From NCBI GenBank assembly GCA_965235115.1, contig OZ249438.1:22940001-23004000 (forward strand): DNA of 64,000 bases, written 5' to 3'. Origin of the DNA: Laetmonice hystrix (lineage: Eukaryota). Shown piece after piece: positions 63,819-64,000 of this stretch. The notes beneath the pieces are model-generated. The model saw nothing but the letters and a program-made list of their open reading frames with translations. It did no database searches and had not been told where the DNA came from. Made by a program: the position numbers and the translations under genes. Position 1 is the first letter of the stretch; each line of letters begins with the position of its first letter.

Positions 63819-64000
63819 TTACTTGGAGCTGGTGTACTTGGTGACGGCCTTGGTGCCTTCACTGACGGCGTGCTTGGCCAGCTCACCGGGGAGAAGCAGA
63901 CGGACGGCCGTCTGGATTTCCCGGCTGGTGATAGAAGAGCAGCGGTTGTAGTGGGCCATGCAGGCGTGAAGCCTCGGCTCGAGGATGTCGTTCACAAACG
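63819..64000 (-). CDS. H2B: Histone H2B copy 3, 3' part (5' end beyond window): frame-restored variant or pseudogene
   Basis: One open frame: [59 protein letters not shown]. The C-terminus is canonical H2B, and a histone stem-loop follows. H2B identity is secure; function is not. Confidence 0.7.
   Translation of the reverse strand, partial: FVNDILEPRLHACMAHYNRCSSITSREIQTAVRLLLPGELAKHAVSEGTKAVTKYTSSK

Overview
Animal (invertebrate-type) genomic DNA: spliced genes, no prokaryotic features, and one assembly gap (39630-39758). The species cannot be fixed from the sequence. One complete protein-coding gene could be reconstructed by hand. It is a six-exon two-pore-domain K+ channel (K2P/KCNK family) on the minus strand (55044->48082, 613 aa, all introns GT-AG and phase-consistent), with P1 = TIGYG, P2 = TVGLG and a 330-aa tail. 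Its intron 5 holds a 1476-bp foldback-type element, and a 33-bp minisatellite carrying ten perfect CRE palindromes lies about 1.2-1.6 kb upstream. The right end (62600-64000) is an H2B-only tandem cluster of three damaged or variant histone H2B copies. Copy 1 is frameshifted and truncated. Copy 2 has an internal deletion but keeps its octamer+TATA promoter. Copy 3 runs off the window, and in it a 4-nt insertion restores the frame lost by a 10-nt deletion. Beside the cluster are five copies of a covarying hairpin/pseudoknot motif. Positions 1-48000 show no recognisable coding exon and contain many unrelated minisatellite arrays; arrays total roughly 10-11 kb of the window. Most ORF-track entries are chance or repeat-derived. 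No demonstrably new system was found; the best leads are the frame-restored H2B, the pseudoknot motif cluster and the foldback element.
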